Of a DNA stretch of 64,000 nucleotides, positions 1 through 10,426 are shown piece after piece. The position numbers were made by a program, and so were the translations under genes. Source of the DNA: Bdellovibrionales bacterium (lineage in GTDB: Bacteria; Bdellovibrionota; Bdellovibrionia; Bdellovibrionales; JAGQZY01); NCBI GenBank assembly GCA_031426555.1, contig JANPLN010000036.1, positions 10,595 through 74,594 on the forward strand, read 5' to 3'. The notes beneath the pieces are model-generated. The model searched no databases. It worked only from the letters and a program-made list of their open reading frames with translations, and was not told where the DNA came from. The number at the start of each line of letters is the position of its first letter. Within the stretch, counting starts at the first letter, position 1.

Positions 1-275
1 TCGTTGTGTTGGCTATAGTGAATTCCTAAAACCATAGTCAGCGAGCTTGTTAAAAGCACAATCGTGTTCAGCGCACCTAATCTCCAATCAAGATGCTTCG
101 CACCTTCCTGGAAAACTTGCGGATAAATATTGCTATAAATAATGTAACCCACAAAAAGCCCACCGAACATTAAGATCTCGGACGTCAAAAAGAGCCAAAT
201 TCCCTCTTTGCTTGTGGCGTATTCGTGCTCTGCACTGTCGAAATGATGGGAGTGGTGATGGTTATCTGTACTCAT
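1..275 (-). CDS. ctaE: Cytochrome c oxidase subunit III, N-terminal part (runs off window start)
   Basis: Manual translation from ATG at 275: [44 protein letters not shown], with the typical COX3 GIWLFLxSE motif; overlaps the end of subunit I. Confidence 0.9.
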   Translation of the reverse strand, partial: MSTDNHHHSHHFDSAEHEYATSKEGIWLFLTSEILMFGGLFVGYIIYSNIYPQVFQEGAKHLDWRLGALNTIVLLTSSLTMVLGIHYSQHN

Positions 276-1860
276 AAGGACCTGCCGTTACGGTTGGTGT
301 TGTTTCAAAGTTTTCATGGGGAGGCGGAGACTGTGTAGTCCATTCCAAAGTTTTTGCACCCCAAGGGTTCATTGGCGCCTTGGGACCGTATAAAATAGCC
401 TGGATAATGGAGTACGCGGCAATGATGAAACCAATAGCGATCAACCAGGAGCCTGATGTGGAGATTTTATTTAAAGATTCATACCCAGGAAGATAATCGT
501 GGTACCGACGGGGCATACCCATATTCCCCAATACAAACTGCGGAAAGAACGTCACGTTGAAGCCAATAAAGATAAACACGAAAGACAAGCGAGCTAGCGA
601 CTCTTTATACATTTTGCCAATCATTTTTGGCAGCCAGTAGTAGGCACCCGCCATGATCGCCATCAATGTTCCACCCACCATCACATAGTGAAAGTGCGCG
701 ACCACAAAATAGGTGTCGTGGAAGTGAATATCTGTGGCAAGCGTCGCAAGATAAATTCCAGTGATCCCGCCGATTGTGAAAATAAACATAAAGCCCAAAA
801 CATAAAGCATGGGGCTAGCAAACTGTATGGAGCCGCCGTACAGGGTGGCAATCCAGTTAAACAATTTGATGGCCGTCGGCACTCCAACAAGCATCGTTAA
901 AACCGAGAAGGTAATTCCGATTACTTCTGACTGACCACTGGTGAACATGTGATGTCCCCAAACTAAAAAGCTAATGGCTGCAATGGCCACAGAAGAGTAC
1001 GCAATGGCGGTGTAACCAAAAATTGTCTTTTTAGAAAAGGCCGTTATAACTTCACTGATAATTCCCATTGCAGGCAGAACCATGATGTAAACCGCAGGGT
1101 GCGAGTAGAACCAGAAAAAGTGTTGGAAGAGCACGGGATCGCCGCCAAGCTCTGGATCAAAAATCCCGATGTTGAAAATATTTTCCATGGCCAACAAAAG
1201 AACTGTGATGCCAAGAATCGGTGTTGCTAGAACTTGTAAAATCGCCGTGGAATAAATCGCCCAAACAAACAGGGGAATGCGATTCATCGTCATACCCGGA
1301 GCCCGGAGACGATGCACAGTTGCTACAAAGTTAACTCCGGTGAGGATCGAAGAGAACCCGGCAACAAACACGGCAAGCGCCATCACAACGGTCGCTGGTT
1401 TAAAGCTAATGCTATAGGGGGTGTAGAAGGTCCACCCACCGTCAACGCCACCAATCCAACCGCCATTGCGACCCATAAGGAGAGTCGAAGCTGCTAAAAA
1501 GAAACCACCCATTAAGCAGTACCAGCTCATCAAATTGACTCTCGGGAAAGCTACATCCTTGGCCCCGATTTGCAGGGGTAAAAAGAAGTTTCCTAAAATT
1601 GCAGGAATCCCTGGAATGATCACAAAGAACACCATCATCGCGCCATGATAAGTCATAAACTTGTTGTAAAGATCTGGGGGAAACAAGGCTCCCGACTTAA
1701 AAAGCTCCAAGCGGATAAGAAGTGCAAAGATCCCACCCAGCAAAAAGAAAAACGAAACCGAAAAAAAATAAAGTAGTCCAATGCGTTTGTGATCGAGCGA
1801 TGTTAACCACGACCACAAGCCTTTTCCGTGTTGTAAATAACTTGTTCCTGATCCAGCCAT
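262..1860 (-). CDS. ctaD: Cytochrome c oxidase subunit I (type A2, YSHPAVY motif)
   Basis: DHKRIG, YSHPAVY, VWGHH, VAHFHY and GMPRRY heme-copper oxidase motifs. Confidence 0.97.
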   Translation of the reverse strand: MAGSGTSYLQHGKGLWSWLTSLDHKRIGLLYFFSVSFFFLLGGIFALLIRLELFKSGALFPPDLYNKFMTYHGAMMVFFVIIPGIPAILGNFFLPLQIGAKDVAFPRVNLMSWYCLMGGFFLAASTLLMGRNGGWIGGVDGGWTFYTPYSISFKPATVVMALAVFVAGFSSILTGVNFVATVHRLRAPGMTMNRIPLFVWAIYSTAILQVLATPILGITVLLLAMENIFNIGIFDPELGGDPVLFQHFFWFYSHPAVYIMVLPAMGIISEVITAFSKKTIFGYTAIAYSSVAIAAISFLVWGHHMFTSGQSEVIGITFSVLTMLVGVPTAIKLFNWIATLYGGSIQFASPMLYVLGFMFIFTIGGITGIYLATLATDIHFHDTYFVVAHFHYVMVGGTLMAIMAGAYYWLPKMIGKMYKESLARLSFVFIFIGFNVTFFPQFVLGNMGMPRRYHDYLPGYESLNKISTSGSWLIAIGFIIAAYSIIQAILYGPKAPMNPWGAKTLEWTTQSPPPHENFETTPTVTAGPYEYR

Positions 1861-1868
1861 AACTTCTC

Positions 1869-2888
1869 CTATTTCACAGTTTTCATGAATTCAATGATCG
1901 CCATAATTTCTTCTTCACTGACCATGCCCTTAAAAGCAGGCATTTTATTGGGCTCGTAACCCTTAGAAATTCTTTTGTTGGGTTCCCAAATAGATTCGCG
2001 GATATAATTCTCGTCGGCCGTGGCACTCGTTCCATCGTTGAAATTCCGAGTGGCGCCGTAAAGCCCTTTCCAAGTTGGACCTGTTCCGGCTTTGCCGTCC
2101 AAAGTGTGACAGCCGATGCACGCCCATTTTGCGTAAGCCTGCTTGCCTTTATCAACTAACGTCACTTCCTTGCCGCCGCCCGAGGAGTCGTCGCCAAGGA
2201 CCCACTTATCAAAGTCTTCTTTCGACACCACTTTAATGAGCGCCATCATGGTGGAGTGACCGGTACCGCAGAACTCAGTACAGAAAACCTGAAACGTTCC
2301 GAGTTTTGTTGCCGTGAATCCCAAGGCCGAGAAACGACCAGGTACCAAATCTTGTTTGATCCGGAAGGCTGGCACGTAAAAGCTGTGAAGCACGGCTTTG
2401 TCTTCTGGCGTGACCTTGATGGAGGTCATTAAAAGTTTGATCGGGGTATCAATAGGCACAACCATTGTCGAAGGAACTTGTTGCCCTTGATCTCCCACGG
2501 TCGGAGTGATTCTTCGGCCATCTTTGTATTCGAATTCCCAAACCCACTTTTTTCCGTAAACGTGCACTTCGAGAGCGTTCTCTTTGAAATCTCGCATTTC
2601 GAGGTAAATGTAGGCTCCCCAAGCAAAGCAGACTAAAAAAATCACAAAAGGAATAAAACTCCAAATAAACTCGAGAGTGTGATTGTGCGAAATGTACGGC
2701 GTCTTATCGTTGGCCGTTTTTCGTTTATACTTGTGTAGGAAATAAAGCATCCCGCCGATAAGTATGACAAAAGAAATCACACTCACAATAAGCATGAATC
2801 CGTAAAGATAACTGACTTGCTGAGCAACTTCCGAAGCTGCAGGTGGCATGAAGGTATTCGCTTGTGCCGACGGAACGAACCAAAACAT
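1869..2888 (-). CDS. ctaC: Cytochrome c oxidase subunit II with fused C-terminal cytochrome c (caa3 type)
   Basis: CuA ligands HSFYVP and [13 protein letters not shown]-terminal CIGCH heme c motif. Confidence 0.95.
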   Translation of the reverse strand: MFWFVPSAQANTFMPPAASEVAQQVSYLYGFMLIVSVISFVILIGGMLYFLHKYKRKTANDKTPYISHNHTLEFIWSFIPFVIFLVCFAWGAYIYLEMRDFKENALEVHVYGKKWVWEFEYKDGRRITPTVGDQGQQVPSTMVVPIDTPIKLLMTSIKVTPEDKAVLHSFYVPAFRIKQDLVPGRFSALGFTATKLGTFQVFCTEFCGTGHSTMMALIKVVSKEDFDKWVLGDDSSGGGKEVTLVDKGKQAYAKWACIGCHTLDGKAGTGPTWKGLYGATRNFNDGTSATADENYIRESIWEPNKRISKGYEPNKMPAFKGMVSEEEIMAIIEFMKTVK

Positions 2889-2893
2889 GTTGC

Positions 2894-3790
2894 TTACTCC
2901 TCTTTTTTCTTACGTGGTTTCCAAAACAGAAACAGCCAAAAAAACAGTACTGCGACCGCAATCGCGCCAGCCACTCTCATTACATTGAACGCATAGAGAG
3001 CATACTGACTCCCGCTTGGATCGTACCTGTAACAGAAAAGCATGATCGAATCGACGACAGACCCCACTTTCCCTTGAGACGCTTCAACAATAGACAGTCG
3101 AAACGTTTTTGGTTCAAAATACACGCCGTGAAGGTAGCGCGAAATTTTCCCATCGGGGGTTAGCAGCACCGCCGCAGACGCGTGCGCCCATTCATTTGCT
3201 TTATCATCCCATTTATATTTAAAACCGACCGTATCAGCAAGAGTTTTCACGGAGTTTTCATCACCCGTTAGAAAGTGAATTCCCTCGCCGTCGTTTGGGA
3301 AATTATATTTTTGCTGATAATTGTACTTTTTGGCCGCCGCCAGATCAGAAGTTTCGCTGGGATCGAAGCTCACAGCCAGCAAATCGTAATCCTTGCCAGC
3401 AACCAGCGATAGTTGTTTTAAAGCATCAAGGACTCCGTTCAAATGGAGGCTGCAAAGACTGGGGCAATTAAAATAGACAAGACTCAAAATGGTAGGACGC
3501 TGCGGCGAGATCCACTGCCCCAAGCTTTGTGATCGTCCTTTTTCATCGACGAACTGGGCTTCTATTTGGCGCAGATCTTTACCGAGTTGTTCGGTGATAC
3601 CTACGTCTTTAATTTGTCGTGGCAAATCATTGTTAAGCGAGGCCGATTCCGCAGGATCGTAGGCGCCGGCGTTTGAAATAGATAAAACAAAAAATAAAAA
3701 CGCGACTGCTTTACTGGGCTGGAGCAGCGGGCGTTTCAGCGGTAGGTGGCTCAACTGTAGGTTTTTCACCGACTGTCTCCTTAACGGCAT
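2894..3790 (-). CDS. SCO1/SenC family copper chaperone (start uncertain)
   Basis: CPSLC (CxxxC), HASAA histidine, C-terminal TM anchor, located in the cox operon. Confidence 0.9.
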   Translation of the reverse strand: MPLRRQSVKNLQLSHLPLKRPLLQPSKAVAFLFFVLSISNAGAYDPAESASLNNDLPRQIKDVGITEQLGKDLRQIEAQFVDEKGRSQSLGQWISPQRPTILSLVYFNCPSLCSLHLNGVLDALKQLSLVAGKDYDLLAVSFDPSETSDLAAAKKYNYQQKYNFPNDGEGIHFLTGDENSVKTLADTVGFKYKWDDKANEWAHASAAVLLTPDGKISRYLHGVYFEPKTFRLSIVEASQGKVGSVVDSIMLFCYRYDPSGSQYALYAFNVMRVAGAIAVAVLFFWLFLFWKPRKKKEE

Positions 3791-3929
3791 CAGGTAATTT
3801 AAGTTCTTTTAAATCCACGCCTGGATGGAAGAACGCAATGTAGACGAAAAAAGTCATAGTAAACGACATGCAAAACATAAATGAGAGGTATCCTGCACGA
3901 TTGTAGTCACCGGGTTGGTATTCCGACAT
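3711..3929 (-). CDS. Small single-TM protein heading the cox operon (72 aa)
   Basis: ATG at 3929 preceded by AAGGAG; MSEYQPGDYNRAGYLSFMFCMSFTMTFFVYIAFFHPGVDL followed by a Pro/Ala/Glu-rich tail. Confidence 0.65.
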   Translation of the reverse strand: MSEYQPGDYNRAGYLSFMFCMSFTMTFFVYIAFFHPGVDLKELKLPDAVKETVGEKPTVEPPTAETPAAPAQ

Positions 3930-4016
3930 GCACATCTCCTTGGGAATCTTATTTATACTCCCCATGGCATTTTGAAACAAGTGGATTTCAGACGAAAATT
4001 CCTCTATGCTTTTTCC

Positions 4017-4313
4017 ATGAAAAAAGTACTGCTTACGGTGATCTGTTTTGGACTTTGTGCCTGCTCGTCGCCACCCCCTATCGACCTCCAACAAATCTCC
4101 ATTGGGGACGAAAAGGGTTCGGTCCTGCATAAACTTGGGAATCCCGACCGTACTTATTTTAAAGAGAGCACGCAACGCTGGGTTTATAAGCTCAAACAAC
4201 CCAAAGCAAGTGCTGTGGATAAGGAAATTTGGTTCCAAGATGGCAAAGTTGTTTTTGTAGACGCAGCTCCTCGGGCCAAAAAAGAGCCCATTCCCTACGA
4301 ACCCGTAAACTAG
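4017..4313 (+). CDS. SmpA/OmlA (BamE-like) small lipoprotein
   Basis: MKKVLLTVICFGLCAC lipobox; IGDEKGSVLHKLGNP..WVY pattern typical of SmpA/OmlA. Confidence 0.7.
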   Translation: MKKVLLTVICFGLCACSSPPPIDLQQISIGDEKGSVLHKLGNPDRTYFKESTQRWVYKLKQPKASAVDKEIWFQDGKVVFVDAAPRAKKEPIPYEPVN

Positions 4314-4325
4314 ATAAAGGCTTTT

Positions 4326-5870
4326 ATGAAAATTGCCCTGAACCAAATTCGATCGATCCGATTCAACTCCAAAGATCTTAGATCCTCTTTTGTTGTTTTT
4401 CTGGTGGCACTTCCTCTCTGCCTAGGCATTGCGTTGGCCTCAGGAGCGCCTGCATCTAGCGGGCTTATCGCTGGAATTGTGGGGGGGTTGCTAGTTGGTC
4501 TCTTGAGCCCCTCGGAAATCTCCGTTTCTGGCCCCGCGGCGGGCCTCACTGTAGTTGTTTTTTCTGGGATCCAAAATGTAGGTTCGTTTGAGATTTTTTG
4601 TCTTATCACGGCACTTGCTGGCGCCCTACAAATCCTCCTCGGGCTGCTTCGATTTGGAGTCATTGGAGCCCTAATTCCCTCTTCCGTGATTAAGGGTATG
4701 CTTGCAGCCATTGGAATTCTTATTATTCTTAAACAAATTCCTCATGCCATTGGTTTCGACGCTGATTTTTTCGGTGATGAGTCGTTTTCACAGAACGATG
4801 GTGACAACACATTCAGTGCTCTTTCCCATGCGATTTCGTCTATCACTTACGGAGCTGTGATAATTTCTTTATTTTCTGTTTTTACAATTTTGAGCTGGGA
4901 CTGGCTGAGCGCAAGGATTGCAACCTTAAAATTAATACCGGCGGCATTGATAGCTGTCGCCTGTGGGGTTTTTTTAAATGTTATCATTTTACCGGAGATA
5001 GGGCTGCAACTTTCAACAGAACACCTTGTGCAGGTTCCTTCAACAAAATTGTTTTCTGTGGTTTCTCCATCAAAGTTATTTTCCGTCTTCAACTGGGATC
5101 ACTTTGTAATCGCAGTAACGCTGTGCCTGATTGGTTCCATAGAAACGATTTTGAGTGTTGATGCCAGTGAAAAAATCGATCCCCTCAAAAGGAATGTAAA
5201 CACATCGCGCGAACTTTTCATCCAAGGCTCAGGCAACATTGTCAGTGGTCTGCTTGGCGGCCTACCAATCACCGCCGTCATCGTACGCACAAGCGCTAAT
5301 GTCTCTGCTGGCGGAACCTCGAGACTTTCAGGAATCTTACATGCACTTTGGCTTTTTCTATTTGCTGTTTTTGCGCCAAACGTATTGAATCAAATTCCTC
5401 TCGCCTGTTTAGCTGTAATACTGATTTTTGTTGGATTTAAACTCACCACGCCAAAACTCTATAAATCTTTTGCCAAGATGGGTTGGTCGCAGTTTATACC
5501 ATTTATCGTAACTATCCTTGCTATTTTATTTACAGATCTTCTTGTCGGTGTGCTTATCGGATTTTTTGTTGGCCTCTATTATGTGTTTAAAACCAACATT
5601 CATGCTTCTGTTGTGCTTGTGAATGAAGACAACAGTTACCTTTTACGATTTAACAAAGACACTTCATTTCTAAACAAGCCGATTGTAAAAAGACTGCTTT
5701 CTTCTGTACCCCAACAATCTGAACTTTTAATTGATGGGTCACGATCTGTCTTTATCGATGCCGACATCATAGGTATGGTAGAAGATTTTGTAGAGTCAGC
5801 AGAGAAAAAAAATATCAAAGTACGAATTCGAAAATCGAGTCTTGCACTTTCTCCGTACTTCAAGGAGTGA
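4326..5870 (+). CDS. SulP family inorganic anion (likely bicarbonate) transporter
   Basis: LVALPLCLGIALASG, VSGPAAGL and GGLPITAVIVR motifs; short STAS-like tail; adjacent to carbonic anhydrase. Confidence 0.92.
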   Translation: MKIALNQIRSIRFNSKDLRSSFVVFLVALPLCLGIALASGAPASSGLIAGIVGGLLVGLLSPSEISVSGPAAGLTVVVFSGIQNVGSFEIFCLITALAGALQILLGLLRFGVIGALIPSSVIKGMLAAIGILIILKQIPHAIGFDADFFGDESFSQNDGDNTFSALSHAISSITYGAVIISLFSVFTILSWDWLSARIATLKLIPAALIAVACGVFLNVIILPEIGLQLSTEHLVQVPSTKLFSVVSPSKLFSVFNWDHFVIAVTLCLIGSIETILSVDASEKIDPLKRNVNTSRELFIQGSGNIVSGLLGGLPITAVIVRTSANVSAGGTSRLSGILHALWLFLFAVFAPNVLNQIPLACLAVILIFVGFKLTTPKLYKSFAKMGWSQFIPFIVTILAILFTDLLVGVLIGFFVGLYYVFKTNIHASVVLVNEDNSYLLRFNKDTSFLNKPIVKRLLSSVPQQSELLIDGSRSVFIDADIIGMVEDFVESAEKKNIKVRIRKSSLALSPYFKE

Positions 5871-5873
5871 CCC

Positions 5874-6461
5874 TTGCCGAACATAAAAGCTATTTTTCTA
5901 GAAAATAAAGCCTGGGTTCTTGAAAAACTGCAGAGTGATACATCTTACTTTGAGAACAACTCAAGGACTCAAGAACCACAGTATCTTTGGATTGGTTGCT
6001 CTGACTCACGCATTCTACCCAATGAGATAACGGGAACTTCTGTGGGTGAAATGTTTGTACACCGAAACATCGCAAACCTGATTCATGCAGACGATCTGAA
6101 TCTGATGTCAGTTGTCACGTATGCTCTTCGCTACTTGAAAGTTCGCGATGTGATTGTTTGCGGACACTACGGATGCGGCGGAGTTATATCTGCAATGGGT
6201 GATCAGTCTTTTGGACTCATCGACAAATGGTTAAAAAATATCAAAGTCGTGGTCTCCCAAAATAAAGATGAGCTCGAAAATATTACGAACACAACAGATC
6301 GCACCGATCGTCTGGTTGAACTGAATGTTATCGCACAAGTGAACCATCTCAAGAATAGCGAGGTCTTCAAGGAGCTCATCTCTGAAAATCCTCAAATACG
6401 TTTACATGGATGGGTTTATGATATGAGCACAGGATATGTAAAGAATCTTATTCGGTTTTGA
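5874..6461 (+). CDS. can: Beta-class carbonic anhydrase
   Basis: WIGCSDSR, HRNIAN and VCGHYGCGG zinc motifs; TTG start after AAGGAG. Confidence 0.95.
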   Translation: MPNIKAIFLENKAWVLEKLQSDTSYFENNSRTQEPQYLWIGCSDSRILPNEITGTSVGEMFVHRNIANLIHADDLNLMSVVTYALRYLKVRDVIVCGHYGCGGVISAMGDQSFGLIDKWLKNIKVVVSQNKDELENITNTTDRTDRLVELNVIAQVNHLKNSEVFKELISENPQIRLHGWVYDMSTGYVKNLIRF

Positions 6462-6993
6462 TTGTTGTTTCTAACTCCTCACGAATATACTTTTTTTTGT
6501 TCGCTTTGTTCACTTTAACTCGCTGATCTTTTAGCTTTTTTCTAACGTCTTCCTCTGTTTGAAGCTCTTTGGAAACCTTAAAGTCCTCACTGAGTGTGCG
6601 CACGTATTGTCTTTGCACTAAGGTGAGCAACTCATCTAATTTTCTATCCAACATCACGTCTGTCATAGGCTTTTTACTATCTTTTTTGAGTTCTGTTTGT
6701 TTAAAGAAACTCAAATCAGAAAAAGCTTCCTCCGAAGAGTGGCTTTTGCGTAAGTGCTCACGAATGTCTTCACGCTTTTTTTTAATATTCACAAGCTCTT
6801 TATGAGTGTCGGCGATTTCGCTGAGGATTTCCTCCAGATGCTCGCCCTCTTTGACGATCTCTTTGTTCTTTAAAAGCTCTTTAAGCCGCACCTCGTGTTC
6901 TAAAATCTTTTGATCGTGAACTTGCATTTGGGCTTTATGCACAGCCATCGGCTCGCCAGTGGCAAAGAAAAATACTGCGATTAAAAAAATCAT
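6448..6993 (-). CDS. Hypothetical exported coiled-coil protein
   Basis: Short hydrophobic N-terminus, K/E-rich helical body, 4-bp overlap with the upstream gene. Confidence 0.6.
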   Translation of the reverse strand: MIFLIAVFFFATGEPMAVHKAQMQVHDQKILEHEVRLKELLKNKEIVKEGEHLEEILSEIADTHKELVNIKKKREDIREHLRKSHSSEEAFSDLSFFKQTELKKDSKKPMTDVMLDRKLDELLTLVQRQYVRTLSEDFKVSKELQTEEDVRKKLKDQRVKVNKANKKKYIREELETTIKTE

Positions 6994-7730
6994 ATCTGCG
7001 CCTCACTTTTTTTAGCAGCTGCATCTTGGGTAAAGTGTTTTTGTCTCCACTCCACGATCACGTCGAGGCTTTGCAATCGTAGAACAATTAACATGGCTCG
7101 CACGGGATTCAAATTCCGAACAACGAGTTCGCCTTTTTGAATTTCTTTTTGCAATTCCGATACAATGAGAGAGAATCTTTTTTCGGACAGGGCCATGATA
7201 ATATCTTTTTTAAGGTCGGCCGAGTCGATACCAGTAATTATGACTTCGTAAACGTACTCCCCATCGTCCATTTGCGAAGATGCGGATTCATCAAACCGTT
7301 GAATGTCCAGCGGGTCCTTCGCAGAGGGGGGGGCGACGACTTTATTGTCTGACAGATTATCTAGAAAGTTTTCGGAGTACTCGTCTGTTGTCTTAATGTC
7401 GTTTTCGACGTCGTTTTCACTATCATTTTCGCCGTCAAAATCACCGCCATCTTCGACGGCTTCCTCAGGCACTTCTTCCTCGGGTGTTGCAGCAAATGTT
7501 TCTACAAAATCATCACTTTGCGGCTCGTAAGGCTGGAGAGGTGTCGGTTCATCGGATGGCGCACTCGATAGTTCTTCAGCCGCTTCATCGATAGATTCGT
7601 CGTAAGAGGGAGCCTCTGCGCTGTCAACTTGACCGTCGATCCCAATCATAAACACGGCACTGCACTTTGCACATGTGGTCATGCCGAAGTCAGCACTCTG
7701 TTCTGTTTGACACTCTGGACATCGCGCCAT
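6990..7730 (-). CDS. Zinc-ribbon protein with acidic disordered linker
   Basis: CPEC...CAKC at the N-terminus, D/E-rich middle, RBS GGAGGG before ATG 7730. Confidence 0.7.
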   Translation of the reverse strand: MARCPECQTEQSADFGMTTCAKCSAVFMIGIDGQVDSAEAPSYDESIDEAAEELSSAPSDEPTPLQPYEPQSDDFVETFAATPEEEVPEEAVEDGGDFDGENDSENDVENDIKTTDEYSENFLDNLSDNKVVAPPSAKDPLDIQRFDESASSQMDDGEYVYEVIITGIDSADLKKDIIMALSEKRFSLIVSELQKEIQKGELVVRNLNPVRAMLIVLRLQSLDVIVEWRQKHFTQDAAAKKSEAQI

Positions 7731-7751
7731 CCTTGCGCCCTCCATGTTAGT

Positions 7752-10400
7752 TTAAAAGAGTTTCTTTTTCTTTTTGGCGGTTTTCTCTACCTGTCGTCTC
7801 TGGTTGCGATTGGCCCGATCGTCTTCGTCGCTTTGAGAGCCCGAGGATAACGTCATTTTTTGCGGCTGCTTAGGGCGCAAAGCCTCTAAGATCTCGTCGC
7901 GAGCCTCTTCGGTATCCACGGATTCGTCGGGCCGCTGCTGTTCCATTACAACTTTAAGTTTCATAAACTTTTCGACCACGTCCGCGCGAACACGTTGATT
8001 CATTTCTTCAAAAGCCTGAAAGGTTTCCTTGCGGTATTCCATCAACGGATCTTTTTGGGCGTAGGCTTTTAAGTTCACCGATTCGCGGATGCGATCCACA
8101 CGATACAAATGCTCTTTCCAGTAATGATCAATGGCGCCCAGAAGGAGACTTCGCTGAATGTCATCAAACAGTTCGCCCATGATTCGCTTTTGTTCTTCGT
8201 ACTTTTGCTGAACGGTGTTTTTTACCTTATTCAGCAAATCTTCGCCGGTGATTTTATCTTCAAAAGAAATCTCAACACCAAACTGCTTTTCAAACGCCAC
8301 TGCCAAAGCCGGAAGGTCCCACTGCTGGCGCTTCACGTTTTCGTCGGCGTAAAGGTCGAGAAGATCCGACGTCACTTCGCCCATCATCTCTTTGATTTTT
8401 TCTTCAAACGTGGTGGCCCCAGTGCTATCTTCTTCGAGAAGGGCTCTGCGAACGGCGTAGACCTTAGTTCGTTGCAAGTTCATTACATCATCAAATTCAA
8501 GCAAGTGCTTGCGGATATCAAAGTTATGACCTTCGACTTTTCTTTGAGCACCCTCGATGGAACGAGTCACCATTCGCGCGGTCATGGGCTCGTCGTCTGG
8601 AATATTAAAGAGCGGACTGTCCATAATGCGCTTGATGCGATCGCCATTAAACTTGCGCATAAGATCGTCTTCGAGAGAGAGATAAAATCTGGTTCCGCCT
8701 GGATCCCCTTGGCGTCCCGAGCGACCGCGCAATTGGTTATCGATCCGGCGCGATTCGTGTCTCTCTGTGCCGACGATGTACAGACCACCGGCGCTCAGTA
8801 CGCTTTTTTTCTCGGCGTCACACTGGGCTTTAAATTTTTCCACGGTTTGCTGATAGGCTTCGCTTTCGGTATCCACGCCAGCAGCCCGAGCCATAAATTC
8901 AGCGTTTCCGCCCAAAATAATATCTGTTCCACGACCGGCCATATTCGTAGCGATTGTCACCGCACCTGCGCGCCCGGCCTGAGCGATGATTTCCGCTTCT
9001 CTCTCGTGGTATTTCGCATTCAAAACGGTATGGGCCACATTTTTCTTTTTCAATTCCGAACTCAACAGTTCTGATTTTTCAATGCTCACGGTTCCTACCA
9101 AAACTGGTTGGCCCTTTTGTTTTCGCTCAACAACGTCGTTAATAATGGCGGAAAATTTTCCTTTTTCGCTTTTGTAAACAACGTCTTCAACATCTTTCCG
9201 AATCATTGGCTTGTTGGTTGGGATCGTAGAAACATTGAGCTTATAAATTTTGCGAAATTCTTCGGCCTCAGTGTCGGCTGTTCCCGTCATGCCCGAAATC
9301 TTTTTGTACATTCGGAAATAATTTTGAAATGTGATGGAAGCCAAAGTCTGGCTTTCGTTTTTTATATGCACGCCCTCTTTAGCCTCCACAGCTTGGTGCA
9401 AACCATCACTCCAGCGACGGCCCTCCATCAAGCGTCCGGTAAACTCATCGACAATGACGATTTCGTCGTCTTTAACCATGTAATCCACATCTCGCTTAAA
9501 TAAGTGAATGGCTTTTAGCGACTGGTAGACGTGATGTAGTTTGTCAATGTGTTGTGGGTCGTAAAGATTTTCGATTCCCATCAACTGTTCAAGCTTGGTA
9601 TTTCCTTCTTCGGAAATCGCCACGGAGCGGTTTTTTTCTTCGATGGTAAAATGCTCCTCGAGTTTCAAATGCTTCACAAAACCGTGAATCTCTTGGTAGA
9701 TGCGAGTGTTGTCTTCAGCCGAGCCAGATATAATCAGTGGCGTGCGCGCCTCATCGATCAAGATAGAGTCGCACTCATCTACAATTGCAAAGTTTAAGTC
9801 GCGCTGGACATAATCAGAAAGTCGAAACTTCATGTTGTCGCGCAAGTAATCAAAACCGAGCTCGTTGTTCGTTGCATAGGTGATATCCGACCCGTAAGCT
9901 GCTTGTCGTTGAGCATCACTCAGATCGTGGACAATGATGCCTGTGCTCATGCCCATATAGCTATACAAACGACCCATCCACTCCGCATCGCGCTTAGCGA
10001 GGTAGTCGTTCACCGTTACAACGTGCACACCTTTTCCGCTCAGGGCATTTAAGTAAACCGGGAGTGTGGCGACGAGTGTTTTTCCTTCACCCGTACGCAT
10101 TTCCGAAATGCCGCCCCTATGGAGCACGTGACCGCCGATCAATTGCACATCGTAGTGGCGCATTCCCAAACAGCGGCGACTGCTCTCTCGGCACATAGCA
10201 AACGCTTCGGGTAAAAGGGAATCTAAGCTTTCGCCTTTCGCAACTCGTTCCTTAAACTGGGAGGTCAGGCTTTTAAGCTCAGATTCTGAAAACGCTTTAA
10301 AGCGGTCTTCGAGTTTATTGATTTGATCGATGACCGGCTGAATGGTTTTCATCTCGCGGTCGTGCTTGGTGCCAATGATTTTTGCGATGATTTTTAACAT
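7752..10400 (-). CDS. secA: Preprotein translocase subunit SecA
   Basis: MRTGEGKT, NNELGFDYLRDN, DECDSILIDEARTPLIISG, NMAGRGTDI and GRSGRQGDPG; ATG at 10400 preferred. Confidence 0.98.
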   Translation of the reverse strand: MLKIIAKIIGTKHDREMKTIQPVIDQINKLEDRFKAFSESELKSLTSQFKERVAKGESLDSLLPEAFAMCRESSRRCLGMRHYDVQLIGGHVLHRGGISEMRTGEGKTLVATLPVYLNALSGKGVHVVTVNDYLAKRDAEWMGRLYSYMGMSTGIIVHDLSDAQRQAAYGSDITYATNNELGFDYLRDNMKFRLSDYVQRDLNFAIVDECDSILIDEARTPLIISGSAEDNTRIYQEIHGFVKHLKLEEHFTIEEKNRSVAISEEGNTKLEQLMGIENLYDPQHIDKLHHVYQSLKAIHLFKRDVDYMVKDDEIVIVDEFTGRLMEGRRWSDGLHQAVEAKEGVHIKNESQTLASITFQNYFRMYKKISGMTGTADTEAEEFRKIYKLNVSTIPTNKPMIRKDVEDVVYKSEKGKFSAIINDVVERKQKGQPVLVGTVSIEKSELLSSELKKKNVAHTVLNAKYHEREAEIIAQAGRAGAVTIATNMAGRGTDIILGGNAEFMARAAGVDTESEAYQQTVEKFKAQCDAEKKSVLSAGGLYIVGTERHESRRIDNQLRGRSGRQGDPGGTRFYLSLEDDLMRKFNGDRIKRIMDSPLFNIPDDEPMTARMVTRSIEGAQRKVEGHNFDIRKHLLEFDDVMNLQRTKVYAVRRALLEEDSTGATTFEEKIKEMMGEVTSDLLDLYADENVKRQQWDLPALAVAFEKQFGVEISFEDKITGEDLLNKVKNTVQQKYEEQKRIMGELFDDIQRSLLLGAIDHYWKEHLYRVDRIRESVNLKAYAQKDPLMEYRKETFQAFEEMNQRVRADVVEKFMKLKVVMEQQRPDESVDTEEARDEILEALRPKQPQKMTLSSGSQSDEDDRANRNQRRQVEKTAKKKKKLF

Positions 10401-10426
10401 AAGTCCCCAGTCTACCCATACTATTT

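Noticed and set aside
3930..4346. N-terminal extension of the 211-aa minus-strand ORF
   Set aside because: Antisense to the BamE-like lipoprotein; the RBS supports a start at 3929
7395..7445. 12-bp imperfect repeats encoding DGEN/DSEN/DVEN
   Set aside because: Ordinary low-complexity expansion in an acidic linker
8109..9074. 321-aa ORF on the + strand
   Set aside because: Entirely antisense to secA with no recognisable motifs; shadow ORF
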